Shown here one piece after another: positions 39,501 through 53,629 of a stretch of DNA of 64,000 bases. Source of the DNA: Eledone cirrhosa. Lineage: Eukaryota. The notes below the pieces were generated by a model. That model was not told where the DNA came from. It did not search any database and saw nothing but the letters and a program-made list of their open reading frames with translations. The translations under genes and the position numbers were made by a program. How positions within the stretch are numbered: position 1 is the stretch's first letter; the number at the start of each line of letters is the position of its first letter. Where the stretch lies: assembly GCA_964016885.1 (NCBI GenBank), contig OZ024758.1:35278001-35342000 (forward strand), written 5' to 3'.

Positions 39501-42500
39501 CTCCACTGTTGGTGAGAATTCATTTAAGTTCATGGTATTAGCTGTCAGAAGGAACTCCACTGTTGGTGAGAATTCATTTAAGTTCATGGTATTAGCTGTC
39601 AGAAGTAACTCCACTGTTGGTGAGAATTCATTTAAGTTCATGGTACTAGTTGTCAGAAGTAACTCCACTGTTGGTGAGAATTCATTTAAGTTCATGGTAT
39701 TAGCTGTCAGAAGTAACTCCACTGTTGGTGAGAATTCATTTAAGTCATGGTATTAGTTGTCAGAAGTAACTCCAATGTTGGTGAGAATTCATTTAAGTTC
39801 ATGGTTCTAGCTGTCAGAAGTAACTCCACTGTTGGTGAGAATTCATTTAAGTTCATGGTATTAGCTGTCAGAAGTAACTCCACTGTTGGTGAGAATTCAT
39901 TTAAGTCTTGGTATTAGCTGTCAGAAGTAACTCCATTGTTGGTGAGAATTCATTTAAGTCATGGTACTAGCTGTCAGAAGTAACTCCACTGTTGGTGAGA
40001 ATTCATTTAAGTTCATGGTATTAGCTGTCAGAAGGAACTCCACTGTTGGTGAGAATTCATTTAAGTTCATGGTACTAGCTGTCAGAAGTAACTCCACTGT
40101 TGGTAAGAATTCATTTAAGTTCATGGTATTAGTTCGTCAGAAGTAACTCCACTGTTGGTGAGAATTCATTTAAGTCATGGTATTAGTTGTCAGAAGTAAC
40201 TCCAATGTTGGTGAGAATTCATTTAAGTCATGGTACTAGCTGTCAGAAGTAACTCCAATGTTGGTGAGAATTCATTTAAGTTCATGGTATTAGCTGTCAG
40301 AAGGAACTCCACTGTTGGTGAGAATTCATTTAAGTTCATGGTACTAGCTGTCAGAAGTAACTCCAATGTTGGTGAGAATTCATTTAAGTTCATGGTATTA
40401 GCTGTCAGAAGGAACTCCACTGTTGGTGAGAATTCATTTAAGTCATGGTATTAGCTGTCAGAAGTAACTCCAATGTTGGTGAGAATTCATTTAAGTTCAT
40501 GGTACTAGCTGTCAGAAGTAACTCCACTGTTGGTGAGAATTCATTTAAGTTCATGGTATTAGCTGTCAGAAGTAACTCCACTGTTGGTGAGAATTCATTT
40601 AAGTTCATGGTACTAGCTGTCAGAAGTAACCCCAATGTTGGTGAGAATTCATTTAAGTTCATGGTATTAGCTGTCAGAAGTCACTCCAATGTTGGTGAGA
40701 ATTCATTTAAGTTCATGGTATTAGCTGTCAGAAGTAACTACACTGTTGGTGAGAATTCATTTAAGTTCATGGTACTAGCTGTCAGAAGTAACCCCAATGT
40801 TGGTGAGAATTCATTTAAGTTCATGGTATTAGCTGTCAGAAGTCACTCCACTGTTGGTGAGAATTCATTTAAGTTCATGGTACTAGCTGTCAGAAGTAAC
40901 CCCAATGTTGGTGAGAATTCATTTAAGTTCATGGTATTAGCTGTCAGAAGTCACTCCAATGTTGGTGAGAATTCATTTAAGTTCATGGTATTAGCTGTCA
41001 GAAGTAACTCCACTGTTGGTGAGAATTCATTTAAGTTCATGGTATTAGCTGTCAGAAGTAACTCCACTGTTGGTGAGAATTCATTTAAGTTCATGGTATT
41101 AGCTGTCAGAAGGAACTCCACTGTTGGTGAGAATTCATTTAAGTCTTGGTGTTAGTTGTCAGAGGTAACTCCAATGTTGGTGAGAATTCATTTAAGTTCA
41201 TGGTACTAGCTGTCAGAAGTAACTCCACTGTTGGTGAGAATTCATTTAAGTTCATGGTATTAGCTGTCAGAAGTAACTCCACTTTTGGTGAGAATTCATT
41301 TAAGTTCATGGTATTAGCTGTCAGAAGTAACTCCACTGTTGGTGAGAATTCATTTAAGTTCATGGTATTAGCTGTCAGAAGGAACTCCAATGTTGGTGAG
41401 AATTCATTTAAGTCATGGTACTAGCTGTCAGAAGTAACTCCAATGTTGGTGAGAATTCATTTATGTTCATGGTATTAGCTGTCAGAAGTAACTCCACTGT
41501 TGGTGAGAATTCATTTAAGTTCATGGTATTAGCTGTCAGAAGTAACTCCACTGTTGGTGAGAATTCATTTAAGTTCATGGTATTAGCTGTCAGAAGGAAC
41601 TCCAATGTTGGTGAGAATTCATTTAAGTCATGGTACTAGCTGTCAGAAGTAACTCCACTGTTGGTGAGAATTCATTTAAGTTCATGGTATTAGCTGTCAG
41701 AAGGAACGCCACTGTTGGTGAGAATTCATTTAAGTTCATGGTATTAGCTGTCAGAAGTAACTCCACTGTTGGTGAGAATTCATTTAAGTTCATGGTATTA
41801 GCTGTCAGAAGGAACTCCACTGTTGGTGAGAATTCATTTAAGTTCATGGTATTAGCTGTCAGAAGTAACTCCACTGTTGGTGAGAATTCATTTAAGTTCA
41901 TGGTACTAGTTGTCAGAAGTAACTCCACTGTTGGTGAGAATTCATTTAAGTTCATGGTATTAGCTGTCAGAAGTAACTCCACTGTTGGTGAGAATTCATT
42001 TAAGTCATGGTATTAGTTGTCAGAAGTAACTCCAATGTTGGTGAGAATTCATTTAAGTTCATGGTTCTAGCTGTCAGAAGTAACTCCACTGTTGGTGAGA
42101 ATTCATTTAAGTTCATGGTATTAGCTGTCAGAAGTAACTCCACTGTTGGTGAGAATTCATTTAAGTCTTGGTATTAGCTGTCAGAAGTAACTCCATTGTT
42201 GGTGAGAATTCATTTAAGTCATGGTACTAGCTGTCAGAAGTAACTCCACTGTTGGTGAGAATTCATTTAAGTTCATGGTATTAGCTGTCAGAAGGAACTC
42301 CACTGTTGGTGAGAATTCATTTAAGTTCATGGTACTAGCTGTCTGAAGTAACTCCACTGTTGGTAAGAATTCATTTAAGTTCATGGTATTAGTTCGTCAG
42401 AAGTAACTCCACTGTTGGTGAGAATTCATTTAAGTCATGGTATTAGTTGTCAGAAGTAACTCCAATGTTGGTGAGAATTCATTTAAGTCATGGTACTAGC

Positions 42501-45500
42501 TGTCAGAAGTAACTCCAATGTTGGTGAGAATTCATTTAAGTTCATGGTATTAGCTGTCAGAAGGAACTCCACTGTTGGTGAGAATTCATTTAAGTTCATG
42601 GTACTAGCTGTCAGAAGTAACTCCAATGTTGGTGAGAATTCATTTAAGTTCATGGTATTAGCTGTCAGAAGGAACTCCACTGTTGGTGAGAATTCATTTA
42701 AGTCATGGTATTAGCTGTCAGAAGTAACTCCAATGTTGGTGAGAATTCATTTAAGTTCATGGTATTAGCTGTCAGAAGTAACTGCACTGTTGGTGAGAAT
42801 TCATTTAAGTTCATGGTATTAGCTGTCAGAAGGAACTCCAATGTTGGTGAGAATTCATTTAAGTCATGGTACTAGCTGTCAGAAGTAACTCCACTGTTGG
42901 TGAGAATTCATTTAAGTTCATGGTATTAGCTGTCAGAAGGAACGCCACTGTTGGTGAGAATTCATTTAAGTTCATGGTATTAGCTGTCAGAAGTAACTCC
43001 ACTGTTGGTGAGAATTCATTTAAGTTCATGGTACTAGCTGTCAGAAGTAACTCCAATGTTGGTGAGAATTCATTTAAGTTCATGGTATTAGCTGTCAGAA
43101 GGAACTCCACTGTTGGTGAGAATTCATTTAAGTCTTGGTATTAGTTGTCAGAAGTAACTCCAATGTTGGTGAGAATTCATTTAAGTTCATGGTACTAGCT
43201 GTCAGAAGTAACTCCACTGTTGGTGAGAATTCATTTAAGTTCATGGTACTAGCTGTCAGAAGTAACTCCAATGTTGGTGAGAATTCATTTAAGTTCATGG
43301 TATTAGCTGTCAGAAGTAACTCCACTGTTGGTGAGAATTCATTTAAGTTCATGGTACTAGCTGTCAGAAGTAACTCCACTGTTGGTGAGAATTCATTTAA
43401 GTTCATGGTATTAGCTGTCAGAAGTAACTCCACTGTTGGTGAGAATTCATTTAAGTTCATGGTATTAGCTGTCAGAAGGAACTCCAATGTTGGTGAGAAT
43501 TCATTTAAGTCATGGTACTAGCTGTCAGAAGTAACTCCACTGTTGGTGAGAATTCATTTAAGTTCATGGTATTAGCTGTCAGAAGGAACGCCACTGTTGG
43601 TGAGAATTCATTTAAGTTCATGGTATTAGCTGTCAGAAGTAACTCCACTGTTGGTGAGAATTCATTTAAGTTCATGGTATTAGCTGTCAGAAGGAACTCC
43701 ACTGTTGGTGAGAATTCATTTAAGTTCATGGTATTAGCTGTCAGAAGTAACTCCACTGTTGGTGAGAATTCATTTAAGTTCATGGTACTAGTTGTCAGAA
43801 GTAACTCCACTGTTGGTGAGAATTCATTTAAGTTCATGGTATTAGCTGTCAGAAGTAACTCCACTGTTGGTGAGAATTCATTTAAGTTCATGGTATTAGC
43901 TGTCAGAAGGAACTCCACTGTTGGTGAGAATTCATTTAAGTTCATGGTATTAGCTGTCAGAAGGAACTCCACTGTTGGTGAGAATTCATTTAAGTTCATG
44001 GTACTAGCTGTCAGAAGTAACTCCACTGTTGGTAAGAATTCATTTAAGTTCATGGTATTAGTTCGTCAGAAGTAACTCCACTGTTGGTGAGAATTCATTT
44101 AAGTCATGGTATTAGTTGTCAGAAGTAACTCCAATGTTGGTGAGAATTCATTTAAGTCATGGTACTAGCTGTCAGAAGTAACTCCAATGTTGGTGAGAAT
44201 TCATTTAAGTTCATGGTATTAGCTGTCAGAAGGAACTCCACTGTTGGTGAGAATTCATTTAAGTTCATGGTACTAGCTGTCAGAAGTAACTCCAATGTTG
44301 GTGAGAATTCATTTAAGTTCATGGTATTAGCTGTCAGAAGGAACTCCACTGTTGGTGAGAATTCATTTAAGTCATGGTATTAGCTGTCAGAAGTAACTCC
44401 AATGTTGGTGAGAATTCATTTAAGTTCATGGTACTAGCTGTCAGAAGTAACTCCACTGTTGGTGAGAATTCATTTAAGTTCATGGTATTAGCTGTCAGAA
44501 GTAACTCCACTGTTGGTGAGAATTCATTTAAGTTCATGGTACTAGCTGTCAGAAGTAACCCCAATGTTGGTGAGAATTCATTTAAGTTCATGGTATTAGC
44601 TGTCAGAAGTCACTCCAATGTTGGTGAGAATTCATTTAAGTTCATGGTATTAGCTGTCAGAAGTAACTACACTGTTGGTGAGAATTCATTTAAGTTCATG
44701 GTACTAGCTGTCAGAAGTAACCCCAATGTTGGTGAGAATTCATTTAAGTTCATGGTATTAGCTGTCAGAAGTCACTCCACTGTTGGTGAGAATTCATTTA
44801 AGTTCATGGTACTAGCTGTCAGAAGTAACCCCAATGTTGGTGAGAATTCATTTAAGTTCATGGTATTAGCTGTCAGAAGTCACTCCAATGTTGGTGAGAA
44901 TTCATTTAAGTTCATGGTATTAGCTGTCAGAAGTAACTCCACTGTTGGTGAGAATTCATTTAAGTTCATGGTATTAGCTGTCAGAAGTAACTCCACTGTT
45001 GGTGAGAATTCATTTAAGTTCATGGTATTAGCTGTCAGAAGGAACTCCACTGTTGGTGAGAATTCATTTAAGTCTTGGTGTTAGTTGTCAGAGGTAACTC
45101 CAATGTTGGTGAGAATTCATTTAAGTTCATGGTACTAGCTGTCAGAAGTAACTCCACTGTTGGTGAGAATTCATTTAAGTTCATGGTATTAGCTGTCAGA
45201 AGTAACTCCACTTTTGGTGAGAATTCATTTAAGTTCATGGTATTAGCTGTCAGAAGTAACTCCACTGTTGGTGAGAATTCATTTAAGTTCATGGTATTAG
45301 CTGTCAGAAGGAACTCCAATGTTGGTGAGAATTCATTTAAGTCATGGTACTAGCTGTCAGAAGTAACTCCAATGTTGGTGAGAATTCATTTATGTTCATG
45401 GTATTAGCTGTCAGAAGTAACTCCACTGTTGGTGAGAATTCATTTAAGTTCATGGTATTAGCTGTCAGAAGTAACTCCACTGTTGGTGAGAATTCATTTA

Positions 45501-47800
45501 AGTTCATGGTATTAGCTGTCAGAAGGAACTCCAATGTTGGTGAGAATTCATTTAAGTCATGGTACTAGCTGTCAGAAGTAACTCCACTGTTGGTGAGAAT
45601 TCATTTAAGTTCATGGTATTAGCTGTCAGAAGGAACGCCACTGTTGGTGAGAATTCATTTAAGTTCATGGTATTAGCTGTCAGAAGTAACTCCACTGTTG
45701 GTGAGAATTCATTTAAGTTCATGGTATTAGCTGTCAGAAGGAACTCCACTGTTGGTGAGAATTCATTTAAGTTCATGGTATTAGCTGTCAGAAGTAACTC
45801 CACTGTTGGTGAGAATTCATTTAAGTTCATGGTACTAGTTGTCAGAAGTAACTCCACTGTTGGTGAGAATTCATTTAAGTTCATGGTATTAGCTGTCAGA
45901 AGTAACTCCACTGTTGGTGAGAATTCATTTAAGTCATAGTATTAGTTGTCAGAAGTAACTCCAATGTTGGTGAGAATTCATTTAAGTTCATGGTTCTAGC
46001 TGTCAGAAGTAACTCCACTGTTGGTGAGAATTCATTTAAGTTCATGGTATTAGCTGTCAGAAGTAACTCCACTGTTGGTGAGAATTCATTTAAGTCTTGG
46101 TATTAGCTGTCAGAAGTAACTCCATTGTTGGTGAGAATTCATTTAAGTCATGGTACTAGCTGTCAGAAGTAACTCCACTGTTGGTGAGAATTCATTTAAG
46201 TTCATGGTATTAGCTGTCAGAAGGAACTCCACTGTTGGTGAGAATTCATTTAAGTTCATGGTACTAGCTGTCAGAAGTAACTCCACTGTTGGTAAGAATT
46301 CATTTAAGTTCATGGTATTAGTTCGTCAGAAGTAACTCCACTGTTGGTGAGAATTCATTTAAGTCATGGTATTAGTTGTCAGAAGTAACTCCAATGTTGG
46401 TGAGAATTCATTTAAGTCATGGTACTAGCTGTCAGAAGTAACTCCAATGTTGGTGAGAATTCATTTAAGTTCATGGTATTAGCTGTCAGAAGGAACTCCA
46501 CTGTTGGTGAGAATTCATTTAAGTTCATGGTACTAGCTGTCAGAAGTAACTCCAATGTTGGTGAGAATTCATTTAAGTTCATGGTATTAGCTGTCAGAAG
46601 GAACTCCACTGTTGGTGAGAATTCATTTAAGTCATGGTATTAGCTGTCAGAAGTAACTCCAATGTTGGTGAGAATTCATTTAAGTTCATGGTATTAGCTG
46701 TCAGAAGTAACTGCACTGTTGGTGAGAATTCATTTAAGTTCATGGTATTAGCTGTCAGAAGGAACTCCAATGTTGGTGAGAATTCATTTAAGTCATGGTA
46801 CTAGCTGTCAGAAGTAACTCCACTGTTGGTGAGAATTCATTTAAGTTCATGGTATTAGCTGTCAGAAGGAACGCCACTGTTGGTGAGAATTCATTTAAGT
46901 TCATGGTATTAGCTGTCAGAAGTAACTCCACTGTTGGTGAGAATTCATTTAAGTTCATGGTACTAGCTGTCAGAAGTAACTCCAATGTTGGTGAGAATTC
47001 ATTTAAGTTCATGGTATTAGCTGTCAGAAGGAACTCCACTGTTGGTGAGAATTCATTTAAGTCTTGGTATTAGTTGTCAGAAGTAACTCCAATGTTGGTG
47101 AGAATTCATTTAAGTTCATGGTACTAGCTGTCAGAAGTAACTCCACTGTTGGTGAGAATTCATTTAAGTTCATGGTACTAGCTGTCAGAAGTAACTCCAA
47201 TGTTGGTGAGAATTCATTTAAGTTCATGGTATTAGCTGTCAGAAGTAACTCCACTGTTGGTGAGAATTCATTTAAGTTCATGGTACTAGCTGTCAGAAGT
47301 AACTCCACTGTTGGTGAGAATTCATTTAAGTTCATGGTATTAGCTGTCAGAAGTAACTCCACTGTTGGTGAGAATTCATTTAAGTTCATGGTATTAGCTG
47401 TCAGAAGGAACTCCAATGTTGGTGAGAATTCATTTAAGTCATGGTACTAGCTGTCAGAAGTAACTCCACTGTTGGTGAGAATTCATTTAAGTTCATGGTA
47501 TTAGCTGTCAGAAGGAACGCCACTGTTGGTGAGAATTCATTTAAGTTCATGGTATTAGCTGTCAGAAGTAACTCCACTGTTGGTGAGAATTCATTTAAGT
47601 TCATGGTATTAGCTGTCAGAAGGAACTCCACTGTTGGTGAGAATTCATTTAAGTTCATGGTATTAGCTGTCAGAAGTAACTCCACTGTTGGTGAGAATTC
47701 ATTTAAGTTCATGGTACTAGTTGTCAGAAGTAACTCCACTGTTGGTGAGAATTCATTTAAGTTCATGGTATTAGCTGTCAGAAGTAACTCCACTGTTGGT
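38240..47800. repeat. Nested higher-order repeats with 2,260-bp (42-mer) and 3,929-bp (73-mer) offsets
   Basis: Offsets of 2,260: 38886/41146, 39155/41415, 39370/41630, 40230/42490. Offsets of 3,929: 40230/44159, 40445/44374, 41146/45075, 42866/46795, 43512/47441. Shared variants include AACTACAC, AGAGGTAAC, TTTATGTTC and AACTGCAC. Confidence 0.87.
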
Positions 47801-49280
47801 GAGAATTCATTTAAGTCATGGTATTAGTTGTCAGAAGTAACTCCAATGTTGGTGAGAATTCATTTAAGTTCATGGTTCTAGCTGTCAGAAGTAACTCCAC
47901 TGTTGGTGAGAATTCATTTAAGTTCATGGTATTAGCTGTCAGAAGTAACTCCACTGTTGGTGAGAATTCATTTAAGTCTTGGTATTAGCTGTCAGAAGTA
48001 ACTCCATTGTTGGTGAGAATTCATTTAAGTCATGGTACTAGCTGTCAGAAGTAACTCCACTGTTGGTGAGAATTCATTTAAGTTCATGGTATTAGCTGTC
48101 AGAAGGAACTCCACTGTTGGTGAGAATTCATTTAAGTTCATGGTACTAGCTGTCAGAAGTAACTCCACTGTTGGTAAGAATTCATTTAAGTTCATGGTAT
48201 TAGTTCGTCAGAAGTAACTCCACTGTTGGTGAGAATTCATTTAAGTCATGGTATTAGTTGTCAGAAGTAACTCCAATGTTGGTGAGAATTCATTTAAGTC
48301 ATGGTACTAGCTGTCAGAAGTAACTCCAATGTTGGTGAGAATTCATTTAAGTTCATGGTATTAGCTGTCAGAAGGAACTCCACTGTTGGTGAGAATTCAT
48401 TTAAGTTCATGGTACTAGCTGTCAGAAGTAACTCCAATGTTGGTGAGAATTCATTTAAGTTCATGGTATTAGCTGTCAGAAGGAACTCCACTGTTGGTGA
48501 GAATTCATTTAAGTCATGGTATTAGCTGTCAGAAGTAACTCCAATGTTGGTGAGAATTCATTTAAGTTCATGGTATTAGCTGTCAGAAGTAACTCCACTG
48601 TTGGTGAGAATTCATTTAAGTTCATGGTATTAGCTGTCAGAAGGAACTCCAATGTTGGTGAGAATTCATTTAAGTCATGGTACTAGCTGTCAGAAGTAAC
48701 TCCACTGTTGGTGAGAATTCATTTAAGTTCATGGTATTAGCTGTCAGAAGGAACGCCACTGTTGGTGAGAATTCATTTAAGTTCATGGTATTAGCTGTCA
48801 GAAGTAACTCCACTGTTGGTGAGAATTCATTTAAGTTCATGGTACTAGCTGTCAGAAGTAACTCCAATGTTGGTGAGAATTCATTTAGGTTCATGGTATT
48901 AGCTGTCAGAAGGAACTCCACTGTTGGTGAGAATTCATTTAAGTCTTGGTATTAGTTGTCAGAAGTAACTCCAATGTTGGTGAGAATTCATTTAAGTTCA
49001 TGGTACTAGCTGTCAGAAGTAACTCCACTGTTGGTGAGAATTCATTTAAGTTCATGGTACTAGCTGTCAGAAGTAGCTCCAATGTTGGTGAGAATTCATT
49101 TAAGTTCATGGTATTAGCTGTCAGAAGTAACTCCACTGTTGGTGAGAATTCATTTAAGTTCATGGTACTAGCTGTCAGAAGTAACTCCACTGTTGGTGAG
49201 AATTCATTTAAGTTCATGGTATTAGCTGTCAGAAGTAACTCCACTGTTGGTGAGAATTCATTTAAGTTCATGGTACTAGC
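45500..49280. repeat. Tandem higher-order repeat with 1,882-bp period (35 monomers); the same period recurs at ~51.4-54.0 kb and ~57.4-61.1 kb
   Basis: ORF offsets of 1,882: 45559/47441, 46150/48032, 46419/48301, 46795/48677, and also 51424/53306, 57449/59331, 58040/59922, 58685/60567. Confidence 0.87.
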
Positions 49281-52200
49281 TGTCAGAAGTAACCCCAATG
49301 TGGGTGAGAATTCATTTAAGTTCATGGTATTAGCTGTCAGAAGTCACTCCAATGTTGGTGAGAATTCATTTAAGTTCATGGTATTAGCTGTCAGAAGTAA
49401 CTCCACTGTTGGTGAGAATTCATTTAAGTTCATGGTACTAGCTGTCAGAAGTAACCCCAATGTTGGTGAGAATTCATTTAAGTCCATGGTATTAGCTGTC
49501 AGAAGTCACTCCACTGTTGGTGAGAATTCATTTAAGTTCATGGTACTAGCTGTCAGAAGTAACCCCAATGTTGGTGAGAATTCATTTAAGTTCATGGTAT
49601 TAGCTGTCAGAAGTCACTCCAATGTTGGTGAGAATTCATTTAAGTTCATGGTATTAGCTGTCAGAAGTAACTCCACTGTTGGTGAGAATTCATTTAAGTT
49701 CATGGTATTAGCTGTCAGAAGTAACTCCACTGTTGGTGAGAATTCATTTAAGTTCATGGTATTAGCTGTCAGAAGGAACTCCACTGTTGGTGAGAATTCA
49801 TTTAAGTCTTGGTGTTAGTTGTCAGAAGTAACTCCAATGTTGGTGAGAATTCTTTTAAGTTCATGGTACTAGCTGTCAGAAGTAACTCCACTGTTGGTGA
49901 GAATTCATTTAAGTTCATGGTACTAGCTGTCAGAAGTAACTCCAATGTTGGTGAGAATTCATTTAAGTTCATGGTATTAGCTGTCAGAAGTAACTCCAAT
50001 GTTGGTGAGAATTCATTTAAGTTCATGGTATTAGCTGTCAGAAGGAACTCCACTGTTGGTGAGAATTCATTTAAGTCTTGGTATTAGTTGTCAGAAGTAA
50101 CTCCAATGTTGGTGAGAATTCATTTAAGTTCATGGTATTAGCTGTCAGAAGTAACTCCACTGTTGGTGAGAATTCATTTAAGTTCATGGTATTAGCTGTC
50201 AGAAGGAACTCCACTGTTGGTGAGAATTCATTTAAGTTCATGGTACTAGCTGTCAGAAGTAACTCCACTGTTGGTGAGAATTCATTTAAGTTCATGGTAC
50301 AAGCTGTCAGAAGTAACTCCAATGTTGGTGAGAATTCATTTAAGTTCATGGTATTAGCTGTCAAAAGTAACTCCAATGTTGGTGAGAATTCATTTAAGTC
50401 ATGGTATTAGTTGTCAGAAGTAACTCCAATGTTGGTGAGAATTCATTTAAGTTCATGGTTCTAGCTGTCAGAAGTAACTCCACTGTTGGTGAGAAATCAT
50501 TTAAGTTCATGGTATTAGCTGTCAGAAGTAACTACACTGTTGGTGAGAATTCATTTAAGTTCATGGTACTAGCTGTCAGAAGTAACCCCAATGTTGGTGA
50601 GAATTCATTTAAGTTCATGGTATTAGCTGTCAGAAGTCACTCCACTGTTGGTGAGAATTCATTTAAGTTCATGGTACTAGCTGTCAGAAGTAACCCCAAT
50701 GTTGGTGAGAATTCATTTAAGTTCATGGTATTAGCTGTCAGAAGTCACTCCAATGTTGGTGAGAATTCATTTAAGTTCATGGTATTAGCTGTCAGAAGTA
50801 ACTCCACTGTTGGTGAGAATTCATTTAAGTTCATGGTATTAGCTGTCAGAAGTAACTCCACTGTTGGTGAGAATTCATTTAAGTTCATGGTATTAGCTGT
50901 CAGAAGGAACTCCACTGTTGGTGAGAATTCATTTAAGTCTTGGTGTTAGTTGTCAGAGGTAACTCCAATGTTGGTGAGAATTCATTTAAGTTCATGGTAC
51001 TAGCTGTCAGAAGTAACTCCACTGTTGGTGAGAATTCATTTAAGTTCATGGTATTAGCTGTCAGAAGTAACTCCACTTTTGGTGAGAATTCATTTAAGTT
51101 CATGGTATTAGCTGTCAGAAGTAACTCCACTGTTGGTGAGAATTCATTTAAGTTCATGGTATTAGCTGTCAGAAGGAACTCCAATGTTGGTGAGAATTCA
51201 TTTAAGTCATGGTACTAGCTGTCAGAAGTAACTCCAATGTTGGTGAGAATTCATTTATGTTCATGGTATTAGCTGTCAGAAGTAACTCCACTGTTGGTGA
51301 GAATTCATTTAAGTTCATGGTATTAGCTGTCAGAAGTAACTCCACTGTTGGTGAGAATTCATTTAAGTTCATGGTATTAGCTGTCAGAAGGAACTCCAAT
51401 GTTGGTGAGAATTCATTTAAGTCATGGTACTAGCTGTCAGAAGTAACTCCACTGTTGGTGAGAATTCATTTAAGTTCATGGTATTAGCTGTCAGAAGGAA
51501 CGCCACTGTTGGTGAGAATTCATTTAAGTTCATGGTATTAGCTGTCAGAAGTAACTCCACTGTTGGTGAGAATTCATTTAAGTTCATGGTATTAGCTGTC
51601 AGAAGGAACTCCACTGTTGGTGAGAATTCATTTAAGTTCATGGTATTAGCTGTCAGAAGTAACTCCACTGTTGGTGAGAATTCATTTAAGTTCATGGTAC
51701 TAGTTGTCAGAAGTAACTCCACTGTTGGTGAGAATTCATTTAAGTTCATGGTATTAGCTGTCAGAAGTAACTCCACTGTTGGTGAGAATTCATTTAAGTC
51801 ATGGTATTAGTTGTCAGAAGTAACTCCAATGTTGGTGAGAATTCATTTAAGTTCATGGTTCTAGCTGTCAGAAGTAACTCCACTGTTGGTGAGAATTCAT
51901 TTAAGTTCATGGTATTAGCTGTCAGAAGTAACTCCACTGTTGGTGAGAATTCATTTAAGTCTTGGTATTAGCTGTCAGAAGTAACTCCATTGTTGGTGAG
52001 AATTCATTTAAGTCATGGTACTAGCTGTCAGAAGTAACTCCACTGTTGGTGAGAATTCATTTAAGTTCATGGTATTAGCTGTCAGAAGGAACTCCACTGT
52101 TGGTGAGAATTCATTTAAGTTCATGGTACTAGCTGTCAGAAGTAACTCCACTGTTGGTAAGAATTCATTTAAGTTCATGGTATTAGTTCGTCAGAAGTAA

Positions 52201-53629
52201 CTCCACTGTTGGTGAGAATTCATTTAAGTCATGGTATTAGTTGTCAGAAGTAACTCCAATGTTGGTGAGAATTCATTTAAGTCATGGTACTAGCTGTCAG
52301 AAGTAACTCCAATGTTGGTGAGAATTCATTTAAGTTCATGGTATTAGCTGTCAGAAGGAACTCCACTGTTGGTGAGAATTCATTTAAGTTCATGGTACTA
52401 GCTGTCAGAAGTAACTCCAATGTTGGTGAGAATTCATTTAAGTTCATGGTATTAGCTGTCAGAAGGAACTCCACTGTTGGTGAGAATTCATTTAAGTCAT
52501 GGTATTAGCTGTCAGAAGTAACTCCAATGTTGGTGAGAATTCATTTAAGTTCATGGTATTAGCTGTCAGAAGTAACTGCACTGTTGGTGAGAATTCATTT
52601 AAGTTCATGGTATTAGCTGTCAGAAGGAACTCCAATGTTGGTGAGAATTCATTTAAGTCATGGTACTAGCTGTCAGAAGTAACTCCACTGTTGGTGAGAA
52701 TTCATTTAAGTTCATGGTATTAGCTGTCAGAAGGAACGCCACTGTTGGTGAGAATTCATTTAAGTTCATGGTATTAGCTGTCAGAAGTAACTCCACTGTT
52801 GGTGAGAATTCATTTAAGTTCATGGTACTAGCTGTCAGAAGTAACTCCAATGTTGGTGAGAATTCATTTAAGTTCATGGTATTAGCTGTCAGAAGGAACT
52901 CCACTGTTGGTGAGAATTCATTTAAGTCTTGGTATTAGTTGTCAGAAGTAACTCCAATGTTGGTGAGAATTCATTTAAGTTCATGGTACTAGCTGTCAGA
53001 AGTAACTCCACTGTTGGTGAGAATTCATTTAAGTTCATGGTACTAGCTGTCAGAAGTAACTCCAATGTTGGTGAGAATTCATTTAAGTTCATGGTATTAG
53101 CTGTCAGAAGTAACTCCACTGTTGGTGAGAATTCATTTAAGTTCATGGTACTAGCTGTCAGAAGTAACTCCACTGTTGGTGAGAATTCATTTAAGTTCAT
53201 GGTATTAGCTGTCAGAAGTAACTCCACTGTTGGTGAGAATTCATTTAAGTTCATGGTATTAGCTGTCAGAAGGAACTCCAATGTTGGTGAGAATTCATTT
53301 AAGTCATGGTACTAGCTGTCAGAAGTAACTCCACTGTTGGTGAGAATTCATTTAAGTTCATGGTATTAGCTGTCAGAAGGAACGCCACTGTTGGTGAGAA
53401 TTCATTTAAGTTCATGGTATTAGCTGTCAGAAGTAACTCCACTGTTGGTGAGAATTCATTTAAGTTCATGGTATTAGCTGTCAGAAGGAACTCCACTGTT
53501 GGTGAGAATTCATTTAAGTTCATGGTATTAGCTGTCAGAAGTAACTCCACTGTTGGTGAGAATTCATTTAAGTTCATGGTACTAGTTGTCAGAAGTAACT
53601 CCACTGTTGGTGAGAATTCATTTAAGTTC